NCBI GenBank assembly: GCA_001179505.1
Contig: CDMY01000791.1
Span: 1 to 64,000 of the forward strand
Direction: 5' to 3'
DNA length: 64,000 nucleotides
DNA from: Vitrella brassicaformis CCMP3155
Lineage: Eukaryota > Protista > Chromerida
Shown piece by piece: positions 22,166 through 33,937 of this stretch (the first letter of the stretch is position 1; each line of letters begins with the position of its first letter). The translations under genes were made by a program, and so were the position numbers. The notes under the pieces are model-generated. The model saw only the letters and a list, made by a program, of their open reading frames with translations, ran no database searches and was not told where the DNA came from.

Positions 22166-23859
22166 GCCTGCCGTCTCCCCTTTGTGACAAAACGCAGACA
22201 TGCAACATGAAGGCGTGGCTGATGTTGGTAGCTGACTGTGCTGGCATACCATCCTGCGTGTATCCGCCGGCCTCTTTCGAAGGCTTCTCTGCTGCGGTAT
22301 ACACACACACATACATATACAGATATACATACAGACAGACAGACAGACATTCACAAGAGGGTGGGAAGTGTCTTTGACCGTTTTCAAGTTGAGTGGTGTT
22401 CATGTGAGCCATGGCGGCTTCAGCGAAGGAATAAGGAATGTCGCAGACTGCCAGGCACATGAATAACATTGGTCTCTATCAGAGGAGCATATGTATGTGC
22501 GTGTGGACTTGATCACCCACCATTCTGGTCGGCGCACAGCTTATCAAAACTGGTTGCGGCTGTGCGGATCAGCCGGGCGGCGGCAGTGTTCAGTTCGTGG
22601 GCCGCAGTAAGGGTGGCCATGGTGTGGTTGAGCTGCAGCTGCACCGATGAAATCTGCTGGGCACCTGCCGACACACATGTACCACATCAATTGAATGTGG
22701 GATGAAAGGGTAGTCTAAGATGTGGGGGCGGTCACCTACCGAGCTCATGAGCGGCCATCGACATCTCTACGGCCATACATCACAGAAAACAGCCATACAA
22801 ATGCACACAATGTAGGCAGATTTGCCATGATGCATGGTCGGCTCGGTGTGTGTGCCCCGCTGTGGCTTACGTCGGTCATAGTTGCGCTGGGCCGCCAGGA
22901 GGGGCTGCCCGATGGCGGAGAGGCCACCCAACAGGACGGCAGCGAAGTTGAAGCGACGCATCGAACGTCGAAAACGATGTGTGCGTGCACTCGGGCCACT
23001 TGGAGCTGTTGGACAGACGCAGAGACTACAGATGGGGATGACTCGGGCTCGCGTTTCGGCGAGACGCCCGCGTCTTGCCCACACATTAGGCCTGCATCGA
23101 GCTAGCATCGAGGGGACCAGTGGTGCAGCTGACGCAGCGAGTGTGGAAGCTGCCGAATGGATAAACGGATGAAGACAATCAAGTGGCCTGCCATGCTCAA
23201 AAGACAAGCTTGAGTCGATAGCTTTCTTGAAGACAAAAGTCTGACCCACACGCAGACATGACATGCATGCTTCATGGTCAATGTGATGAATCTTAAAAAC
23301 ACGCTCATTGATGCGCACAGAAGCAGGTAAGAGACAGCGCATCCGTCACCCGATTCTCTCCTGTTTGTCCTCGCTGCGGGGCAAAAATCGATCTTGCCGC
23401 AGCGGTGAACCGAGAAGAGACATAGCGAAGCAGTCGAGTGAGTGCATGCACAGCAGACGGACTCATTTGTTTACGCGTACATGCAGAGAGAGGAGTACGT
23501 GAGGATACGTACACATAGCTGATGCGTACACCCGTGACACATACGACATGTCGCGCATGCGCGTACTCATTCGTCCACTCGATCACACACAGCAACCTTA
23601 TCGTAGCCCGTCTGCCTGTCTGTCTGTCTGTCTGTCTGCTCGTCTGTCTATCAGCCAGCCAGCCAGCCACCCACCCACCCAATGCTTGTATGACCTGCCC
23701 AGCAGCTGGTCAGCATCTTCACGATGCGCCCGCGAAACCTGACACAACCAACAGAAAACCGAGCAATCCACTCGCCGCAGTACGTACCGCTCTTCCCTCT
23801 CTGCCTTCCTCTCTCTCTTTCTCCCTCTCATTCCTTCATTCGTTCGTTCATTCGTTCAT

Positions 23860-26800
23860 TCACGCACAGGTACCTGCGGGCTGGGCGGCCGGTGGGGCAC
23901 CGAATGACTGCTCGATCTCCTGATTGGCCATCTGCACGTCCACCTCCGTCGCATGCGGCCCGTTCTGATCGACCGCCATGCCGTTGCTGCTGCTGGTGCC
24001 GCCCTCACCACCCCTGGAAGATGACGGCCTGCTGGGCCACTGACTCCTCGGCGGCACCCGGACGGGCGGGGGCGACTGGGGCGGGGGTGATGTGGGCGTG
24101 GTGGTGGTGGTGGTCTTGGTGCGGCCGCGCATGGCACTTGGTGGAGGGGGGATGCCGCCAGCGAGGCGCGAATCGCCATCCTGGTTCATCAAAAGGAGGG
24201 AGAGAGGGAGAGGCTTAAAGGCTTCTAACATGTCTGTTGTGTACGGGTCTGTCCCTGAGTGGATCGATATCTCACCTCTGCTGCCGATGTCTGCGTGGCC
24301 CCCTGGTAGGTGAAGCCCCCCTGCTGTTGCTGTTGCTGTTGTTGCTGTGCCTGCGTGGTGAGTGGCGCGCCGCCGAGTGTGGGCTGTGTGGTCTGTGCGG
24401 GTGTGGCAGTGGTGTTTTGCGTGGTGTTGTTGCTGTAGGGGTAGTATGTGTTGGACGAGGTGTAGTAGCGGTAATCAGGGTCCTGATGGCATATGGATGG
24501 AAGAAAACACACATAGTATTGAGAGGCGTGGAGGGGCAAGGGTGATGACTGACCTTTAGGTCGATGTCAGGTGTGTCGGATACGATGTCTGTGCCGGCGA
24601 TGGTCATGCGGAGGTGCATGGTGTACGACTGCTGCGCGTTGGCCTCCATGGAGAGACTGCCCTCCAGCAGCTGACCTGCACACACCATGACAACAAAACA
24701 AATCACACCGCACCCCAGACCAGGGTTGTTGTGCATACCAGGGTTGACGGCAAGCGGCGTCCTCAGCAGGAAACGAATCTGATACCTGCAAGCAACCGAA
24801 CGGTAAACGAACAGTAAACATGTGCATGGGTGCATTGACGGCTTCTACGCCACACGAGATCACACCTTACCAGTGCGTGGGTGTGCACCAGGGAGATGTC
24901 GAGAAGCCCAGCTCCTGCTCGCTGCCCTCGAAGATAATGTCAAACCAGCCTGACACGGACAAACACACGAGCGGCGTCCATCCATCCATCCATCCATCTG
25001 TGTATACGTGTCCATCATCCGCCCACGCGCACCTGCGAGCCCATGCACGAGGCACGGAGCGCCGACACGAAACTGGAAGTTGATGGTCATCTGCTCACAG
25101 ACACAAAGACGGACACAAAAACAGCGGGAATGCCTCTGCGCCTTCGAGAGTGCATACACACACGAGTGAGTGCTGTACCGCGAGCAGCGATGACTTGGGC
25201 ATGGTGGTGAAGTCGTATTCCTCGACGTGTGGCGGGCACAGCAGACACGCGGGGTCGATGTAGTCTGCGCACACAGCAAATGCATAGATGGATGTGATCG
25301 ATGGCCATGTCTGCCTGCATCTGCGTGCAATGCTGGCTGTGGGTGTGCTCGTGTTCGCGTATAGCTGACCGACGACAGGTTGCCTGAACTGCTCAGCCGT
25401 GGCCCTGTCAGCAACGGGCGACAAGTCCACACCTGACAGACACACAGAAAGTCACTAGTGACACTGGCGTGCGCCGCGCCACGCACCACCTTGTCTCTCT
25501 GTCACCTACCGAAGAAGTTTTGGTTCTTCCAGAAGGTGTTGCGACCACACATCTCATTAAACAACACCTGTACACACGCGTGCCACCACATGGCAGGCGT
25601 CATATAACTAGTGAGCACGCCCACTCACACCTCACTTGGTCGCTGAATGGCGTCACGCAGAGCTTGCACTTGTTAGGAAACATCTTGCCTGAGCACACAA
25701 ACACACACAGGCACGACACCATCCCACATACATACAATACAGAACTTCGAGTGTGTGGTTCTCAAGGCTGGGTTGCTCACCTCCCGGCTTGAGGAACCGG
25801 TCCCTGGCCTCCAGGTAGGTCTCAATCATCCTCTCGTTGAACAGGAACGTCCCGATCGGCTCAGACACCAACACGTCCACCTTGCCATCCACGAAACAGT
25901 CATCTGCTGCCGGCGCAGCGCTGTTCGCCGCCACCACACCGTTCTGCTGCTGTTGTTGCTGCTGCTGTTGTTGCTGCTGCTGTTGTTGGTCGGGTGTGTG
26001 GGCCTGGGTGTTGTGTTTGAGATGGATTCTCTCGAGCGGCCTGCCCAGCACCTTGATGCGCGAGCCGATGGCGGGGTTGCCGTCACACAGCGCCTGCGCC
26101 ACATCAGCCATGCGCGACGCCTCAACCGCATACCTACAACACACACACATCCACACATCCACACATCCATGTGCATAGCTGTCCCGCCTCTCTCTCTCTG
26201 TGGGCGTGTATGCAATGCAGCTTACACTCTCCTAGCCCCGGCCATGGCAGCGAAGAAGGAGAGGATGCCGGTGCCGGCCCCGACGTCCATGACGGCCTTG
26301 TTGGCGAAGTCGCGGATGTTCTCAGTGATGGCGCGGTAGTAGAGCGTGGTGCGGACGTTGTCCTGTAGCATGTTCATCTGGTTGGACAGCTTGCCGTAGT
26401 AGAGGAAGTACGACTGCACCGTATTGGCGTCCATCCCCTCCAGCGACGACGACTCCATCGGCACCCCCGCAAGCACGCTGCTGCTGCTCGGGAGCTGGGA
26501 AACACCTGAGCGATCCGCAGATGGACACGCAGACAGCTCAACGGGTGAATGGATGGATGGATGGATGGATGGGTGACACACAGGGTCATTCGGTGCGTAC
26601 CCTTGCACCGCTGGTATTCGTTGAGGAATGCGCTTGCGTCCTCCTGTGTGCCGAACTGCATGGCGAAGGTGCGGCTGGTAGCCGCCGACTGCGATGCCCC
26701 TCCCCCTCCNNNNNNNNNNNNNNNNNNNNNNNNNNNNNNNNNNNNNNNNNNNNNNNNNNNNNNNNNNNNNNNNNNNNNNNNNNNNNNNNNNNNNNNNNNN

Positions 26801-27481
26801 NNNNNNNNNNNNNNNNNNNNNNNNNNNNNNNNNNNNNNNNNNNNNNNNNNNNNNNNNNNNNNNNNNNNNNNNNNNNNNNNNNNNNNNNNNNNNNNNNNNN
26901 NNNNNNNNNNNNNNNNNNNNNNNNNNNNNNNNNNNNNNNNNNNNNNNNNNNNNNNNNNNNNNNNNNNNNNNNNNNNNNNNNNNNNNNNNNNNNNNNNNNN
27001 NNNNNNNNNCCCGCTAGCCGCCGCTGCCGGCGACGGCTCCACACAGCACAGCACCAGCTGAGGCATCATGCGAACACACTGAATCTGCACGACACACAGA
27101 GCGAACCGCAGGAGAGAAGAGGACATGGCGTCATCGCATGCACCATCAGAGTCCGGGTGCGGATGCTGGTCTGATCAGACTGCAGACCCCCCATCACACC
27201 ACTCACTGCCCGCCCACATCCGTGTGTACCGTGCTGAGAGCCAGCTGCGACCTGCCGTTGCTCGAGTCGACGACGAGGCACGGGGAACCGCCCAGCCCAC
27301 TGCTGATCTGCACGTACTGCTCCTCAACGCTGCCGCTGCTGGCGGTGCTGTTGATAGTGTGGGTGGTGGTGCTGCCACCCTCTCCGCCGGAGGTCTTCGC
27401 AGCCTGGCCCACCCATCTGTCGAACTTGAGCAAGTTGCTGTCCAAGATCAGCAGACGAACCGAACGCCTCACGCACTGCAT
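23860..27481 (-). CDS. CARM1: Protein arginine methyltransferase, CARM1/PRMT4-like (spans an assembly gap; 3' end approximate)
   Basis: YFLYYGKLSNQMNMLQDNVRT, VMDVGAGTGILSFFAAMAGA, YAVEAS, VDVLVSEPIGTFLFNERMIETYLEARDRFLKPGG, WFDIIF, TPTHWYQIRFLL. It also has an N-terminal PH-like segment (FAMQFGTQEDASAF) and a low-complexity C-terminal tail. Confidence 0.85.
26710..27009. other. Assembly gap (300 N)
   Basis: Run of N. Confidence 1.
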
Positions 27482-27727
27482 GGCTTTCCTATTGTCCCTG
27501 CGACTGGCCAGCCTCTGATACCACGCGGAGAGATCAGGGTTCGGGTTACGGGGTTTGGCTAAGCGCGCACTCATCGTCCGTCCGCTACGCGACTTCCCCT
27601 TACGAGATACGGGCTCCGTTCCTCCAGATCCCGCCTTTGTGTGTGTGTGAGATGAGCGTCAAGGGTCTGTCGGGGTGGCACGCGACCAACGCCAAGCAAT
27701 TCGGGCAGGATAGATGGAGATCTCTCT

Positions 27728-29372
27728 ATGCTGGTACGCACCTACGCCACATCACGTCCAATCACTCTGTTTCCTGTTGGCGGTGCAGCTCTGTGGAGTC
27801 CCAAGAGCCACGCGGCCTTGGTAAGCCCCTTCGAGAGGCATGCAGATGAGCTCGTGAGGAGGAGAGGCATGCAGCCCATCGAAGGCGTTCCTTTCTGCTG
27901 GGTGGAGCACGGCCAGAGCAATGGTGCTGAGGGCGCAGAAGCCGCCGGCAGCCGACAAGACGAACAAGGGGTCATCTACTGGCTGGGTACGTGCGTGGGA
28001 GAGTTGGAGGGAGGGCGGAGTGAGGGTACTCATATGTGCGTGTGTTGTGTGTAGACGCTGCTTCGGCGGCATCGTTGTTCTTCCTTCCCCTCCCTGCCGG
28101 CCCGTCAACTGTCCTCGATATGTGCGCGGTAGCAGACGCACAGACAGACAGACAGACAGACAGGCAGACAGCGAGGGAGAGAGAAATGAACTCTCATATA
28201 ATTCTCTCATTTGCGTGATGCATGGATGGGTGGATGTGCGTATGTGTGCTGTAAGTGTGTGTAGGCCCCCGGTGGGAAGTCATTGGTTCTCGCCAGCCGC
28301 ATCTTCGCTTCTGCTGCTCCTGCCATGGCTGGTGCTGATGCAGAGGGCACCCCAGATGCCCATGATCATGGTCATGGCCACAGGACAGCAACAACAGGTC
28401 GGCTGGTGTGCAATGAGCACAGCCGCCCGCGACTGGACCGCTTGGCCGCTACCTTGAGGGCATTCCTGCCGGCGGAACTGCTCGACCACGGCCAATGCGT
28501 CACATTCACCAATGATGACGCCGCAAACCCACGGCAAGTCGGTAAGCCCAACACACACAGGAAGGAAGCACACACAGAGCACACAGAAAGAGGGGGGGGG
28601 TGTAATGCTAATGCAGCGTTGCTAGCTCCTTTTGACGGTGTGCTGCTGGACGCGCCATGCACATCTGACCGACATCTGCTGCACAGCGGACCAAGCGGAC
28701 TCGCCAAATGGGCCTCAGGTCAGTCAGTGGCAGCACACGCACATTGATGGATGACCCACATCACATCAGACGTGTGCGTTTGTGTGTCTGTCAGGGACGC
28801 CCAAGGGCCATGCCGATCGTCAGCTGCGGCTTGCCACGGCGGCACTCGGCATGCTCAAACCGGTCAGCCAGCCAGCCAGCCAGCCAGTCAGTCAGGGCAC
28901 ACGAATGGGTCAGTAGTGGACGGCTCGATGGATGGATGGATGGATGTGTGATGTGTGTGTGTCAGGGGGGCCATCTGCTGTACTCCACATGCGCCCTCTC
29001 TGAGGTGGAGAACGACCAAGTGAGCGACGCCCCTCTCCTTCTCCTCCTGTGTATGTGTATGTGTACGCGTGTGCGTGACGGTCGATCTATCAGGTGATAG
29101 AGAGGTTGCTGTCGCGTGCCGCCAGGGACCCCTCGTGTGTGCAGTGCGAGGCCGTCACCCCCACACAGATGATGGACATGTACAAGGCACACATAAGTCC
29201 ACATACACGTCCACCAGATGGAGACGCACAAGGGGGAGATTGCATGAGTAGTACAAAGAGTGTGGGAGTGCGGGTGTGTTGGGAGGCCACGCGTGTGGGT
29301 GTCGTGTGCCTGCCGGACAGATCTATGGGGTGTGGGCCGCTCTATGTGGCACTCGTCAAAAGGGCCAAGTAG
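27728..29372 (+). CDS. NOL1/NOP2/Sun-family RNA m5C methyltransferase (NSUN3/4-like)
   Basis: YWLDAASA, VLDMCAAPGGKSL, FDGVLLDAPCTSDRH, GGHLLYSTCALSEVEN and GPLYVALVKR*. Head-to-head with the PRMT gene. Confidence 0.85.
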
Positions 29373-29597
29373 CACAGACAGACATTCAATGGATCGATCG
29401 CTGGATGGATGAGTCCATGAGGTAGGTGTCGCAGCGCGCAGCGTCTGCCCGGACCACACACAGTATGTCCATCCATCCATCCATCCAGTGATTCAATCAG
29501 ACAGCACATTCGTAGGTGCGCTGGATGTCTGCGGCACGCACTGCCACATACGCACACACACATCCACATGCATCCACCAACTCCTCCTCCATTCTAT

Positions 29598-30349
29598 CTA
29601 CTCTCCGTCGCCAGCCGCGGCCCCCCCACCCCCAGGCCCCCTCTCTCCCCCTTCCTCCCCATCCGCCCCTCCATGCAGCTGTGCCTCCGCCCCGCTGCCA
29701 CCACCAGCGGCGGCAGCGTTGAGCAGCCACACGCGTACCGTCTTGTCGTGGGAGGCCGAGAAGAGGAACCCGTTGAACGCACACAGAGACGACACCGCAC
29801 CCTGATAGATAGACAGACAGAGTGAGTGATACACAGACAGACAGACAGATTGGCTGGCATGGACAGATTTCCATGTCTGTCTGTCTGTTTAGTTTATTTC
29901 TCTGTGTGTGTGTCTGACGGTGTGTCCCTGCAGGTCGCCCTTGTGCCGCAGGTTGTAGTCCCATACCTGCAATGCCATGGCATTGATTGGGTATGTTCGT
30001 TCGGTTGAGTGAGTCAAGTCAGAGAGAGACACATTGTCTCTCCACTCGACTCACTCACCTTCACGGTAGTGTCCTTGGAACCCGAGAAGAGCAGCCGCTC
30101 GGCAGGCGCTGCGACCAGGCTCTGCAGACAGGACCCATATCCACACATACATGGAAAACACCACGCAAAGCGGTGGTGGTGGTGGTGGTGGTGTGTGTGA
30201 GAGTATACGTACGAAGATCCAGTCGTCGTGTGCGTGCAGCATGTGCGAGGACGCCTGCAGGTCAGCCGTCTCCCACGACTGCAGACCAGACAGACAGACA
30301 GACAGACAGACAGATGCGCACATTTCTCTCCCCCGTCCCTCTCTCTCTT

Positions 30350-30381
<32 letters not shown>

Positions 30382-31467
30382 TGAGTGCCTTGATAGATTT
30401 GTCTCTGCTGGCGGAGAAGAACCTCTGCCCCTCATCGATGACCGCAAAGGCCGTCACGCTGTCGTAGTGGGGCGGGTGGAGCGTACGCACACTGCCCCAG
30501 GAGCTAGTCGTCCACACCTGCACACACACACAAGGACACAGAGCCCTTCTATAGATAGGGCTGGGTGGGGTGAAAAGNNNNNNNNNNNNNNNNNNNNNNN
30601 NNNNNNNNNNNNNNNNNNNNNNNNNNNNNNNNNNNNNNNNNNNNNNNNNNNNNNNNNNNNNNNNNNNNNNNNNNNNNNNNNNNNNNNNNNNNNNNNNNNN
30701 NNNNNNNNNNNNNNNNNNNNNNNNNNNNNNNNNNNNNNNNNNNNNNNNNNNNNNNNNNNNNNNNNNNNNNNNNNNNNNNNNNNNNNNNNNNNNNNNNNNN
30801 NNNNNNNNNNNNNNNNNNNNNNNNNNNNNNNNNNNNNNNNNNNNNNNNNNNNNNNNNNNNNNNNNNNNNNNNNNNNNCGTACCGTCTTGTCGTGGGAGGC
30901 CGAGAAGAGGAACCCGTTGAACGCACACAGAGACGACACCGCACCCTGATAGATAGACAGAGTGAGTGATACACAGACAGACAGACAGATTGGCTGGCAT
31001 GGACAGATTGGCATGTCTGTCTGTCTGTCTGTTTAGTTTAATTCTCTGTGTGTGTGTCTGACGGTGTGTCCCTGCAGGTCGCCCTTGTGCCGCAGGTTGT
31101 AGTCCCATACCTGCAATGCCATGGCATTGATTGGGTATGTTCGTTCGGTTGAGTGAGTCAAGTCAGAGAGAGACACATTGTCTCTCCACTCGACTCACTC
31201 ACCTTCACGGTAGTGTCCTTGGAACCCGAGAAGAGCAGCCGCTCGGCAGGCGCTGCGACCAGGCTCTGCAGACAGGACCCATATCCACACATACATGGAA
31301 AACACCACGCAAAGCGGTGGTGGTGGTGGTGTGTGTGTGAGAGTATACGTACGAAGATCCAGTCGTCGTGTGCGTGCAGCATGTGCGAGGACGCCTGCAG
31401 GTCAGCCGTCTCCCACGACTGCAGACCAGACAGACAGACAGACAGATGCGCACATTTCTCTCCCCCG

Positions 31468-31515
<48 letters not shown>

Positions 31516-31660
31516 TGAGTGCCTTGATAGATTTGTCTCTGCTGGCGGAGAAGAACCTCTGCCCCTCATCGATGACCGCAAAGGCCGTCACGCTGTCGTA
31601 GTGGGGCGGGTGGAGCGTACGCACACTGCCCCAGGAGCTAGTCGTCCACACCTGCACACA
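29598..31660 (-). pseudogene. Duplicated 3' exons of the WD40 gene (two overlapping copies either side of a gap)
   Basis: Exons VWTTSSWGSVRTL..SASRDKSIK, LLFSGSKDTTVK, VWDYNLRHKGDLQ and LFSASHDKTVRVW recur at 29735-30510, 30878-31655 and 33487-34080. Confidence 0.6.
30578..30877. other. Assembly gap (300 N)
   Basis: Run of N. Confidence 1.
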
Positions 31661-32510
31661 CACACACACACACACGGAGAGAGGGAGAGAGAGAGAGAGA
31701 GAGGGTGTAAACCAGTGTGTGTGTGTGGGCGGCTCACGCGGTCAAGTGAGGAGGTGAAATTTTCTCGACTACGGTATATTGGTCCATAGTTCATGCGCAC
31801 CAAGCCCACAAAGGTCTTGGTTCCTGTCTATCAGTCGCATGTCGGCCTACAGGGGGCCGTCAAGAGTCATCCTACGGTCAAAAATGGCAAAATGGTGACA
31901 TTTTTCTGCGCCTGCGTAGCGGTGTGAGTTTTGCTGACCTGCCCCTCTCCTTGTGCACGTGTTTTGCCAGCTGAAGGGTGCACCTGACTCATGCGTCGGA
32001 TGGGCCGGGCCGTACACACAGATGGTGTGGCGTGCCTGCAGAGATGACACTCACACATAGAGAAAAGTTCCGCTGCGCGTCAGAAAAGTTCCGCTCGACG
32101 GCTGTGTGTGCCCTGTGCGGTCAATCTGGATGCCCTGGTCAATCAATCTGCCGCCCCGAAATCGCCTGCACACGCACTGGTCGCTACGCTGCAGATGGGT
32201 CGCAACACCCCCCACACACTTGGGTGTCTGTGAGCCCACCCAAACGCACCGAGCGCAGGGGCCAGCTGCAGCATAGCAAAGCCCTCATCGAGAGCAGGCC
32301 TCTGGCGCCCGAATGAGCCTCCGATGCATCCACCTCCCACACACACTGGGCGGCCACCTGCGCATCCACACACAATTACGGCCCTACGAAACGAAGAAGA
32401 CCATTCCAGGAGACCGTCTGTTAACGAATAGTGACCTTTTCGTAATGAAGTCGATGGTAAGTCTGTTGTGGGGCACCAGGACGGAGGCACTCCCCTTGGC
32501 GCAATGCGGC

Positions 32511-32753
32511 CATCTTTGACACAGACAGACACAAAGGAACGTCAGCAGCAGAGATTTCACCTTCTGGCTGCTCCTGGCTGCGCGTGTGGCCTTCCTGTGA
32601 GCCTCTCTGTGGAGATCTGATCTGCCTGCGCGGTTTGTCCAACGTGCCTTTCCTCCCAGCGCTTCTAAGCTCGCAAACCCTGCACCCTAAACCCTAATTA
32701 CGCTGTGTAGGGTTTGCGAATTTCGTGAAGGCGCGTGTGCAGGAGTGCCCAGC
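32511..32753 (-). repeat. Dispersed cassette with telomere-like hairpin, copy 2
   Basis: Homologous to 7385-7601. Contains aaaccctgcaccctaaaccctaattacgctgtgtagggtttgcgaatttcgtgaa. Confidence 0.8.
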
Positions 32754-32914
32754 AGACAGACAGGCACCTTCCCACACACGGATGTGCGCAGGGGTGGGCT
32801 GTGTGTGCAGAGAGGGAGGGAGGGAGGGGGCGTGCACTGCGCATGTGCCCCTCTCTCTCTCGCTCTCTCTGTGTGTGTGTGTGTGTGGCAGCTGGATGCA
32901 CTCAGACAACAGGC

Positions 32915-32945
<31 letters not shown>

Positions 32946-33087
32946 GCGCACAGCGTCTGCCCGGACCACACACACCAGTGATTCAATCAGCCAGCACATT
33001 CGTAGGTGCGCTGGATGTCTGCCGCACGCACTGCCACATACTCACACACACATCCACATGCATCCACCAGTCACTCCTCCATTCTAT

Positions 33088-33905
33088 CTACTCTCCGTCG
33101 CCAGCCGCGGCCCCCCCACCCCCAGGCCCCCTCTCTCCCCCTTCCTCCCCATCCGCCCCTCCATGCAGCTGTGCCTCCGCCCCGCTNNNNNNNNNNNNNN
33201 NNNNNNNNNNNNNNNNNNNNNNNNNNNNNNNNNNNNNNNNNNNNNNNNNNNNNNNNNNNNNNNNNNNNNNNNNNNNNNNNNNNNNNNNNNNNNNNNNNNN
33301 NNNNNNNNNNNNNNNNNNNNNNNNNNNNNNNNNNNNNNNNNNNNNNNNNNNNNNNNNNNNNNNNNNNNNNNNNNNNNNNNNNNNNNNNNNNNNNNNNNNN
33401 NNNNNNNNNNNNNNNNNNNNNNNNNNNNNNNNNNNNNNNNNNNNNNNNNNNNNNNNNNNNNNNNNNNNNNNNNNNNNNNNNNNNNNCCTGCAGGTCGCCC
33501 TTGTGCCGCAGGTTGTAGTCCCATACCTGCAATGCCATGGCATTGATTGGGTATGTTCGTTCGGTTGAGTGAGTCAAGTCAGAGAGAGACACATTGTCTC
33601 TCCACTCGACTCACTCACCTTCACGGTAGTGTCCTTGGAACCCGAGAAGAGCAGCCGCTCGGCAGGCGCTGCGACCAGGCTCTGCAGACAGGACCCATAT
33701 CCACACATACATGGAAAACACCACGCAAAGCGGTGGTGGTGGTGGTGTGTGTGTGAGAGTATACGTACGAAGATCCAGTCGTCGTGTGCGTGCAGCATGT
33801 GCGAGGACGCCTGCAGGTCAGCCGTCTCCCACGACTGCAGACCAGACAGACAGACAGACAGACAGACAGATGCGCACATTTCTCTCCCCCGTCCCTCTCT
33901 CTCTT

Positions 33906-33937
<32 letters not shown>

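Noticed and set aside
31846-32095. Possible DNA-transposon end (TA-CAGGGGG...) with AGAAAAGTTCCGCT direct repeats at 32061 and 32082
   Set aside because: No matching second terminal inverted repeat or transposase was found, so one end alone is not enough.
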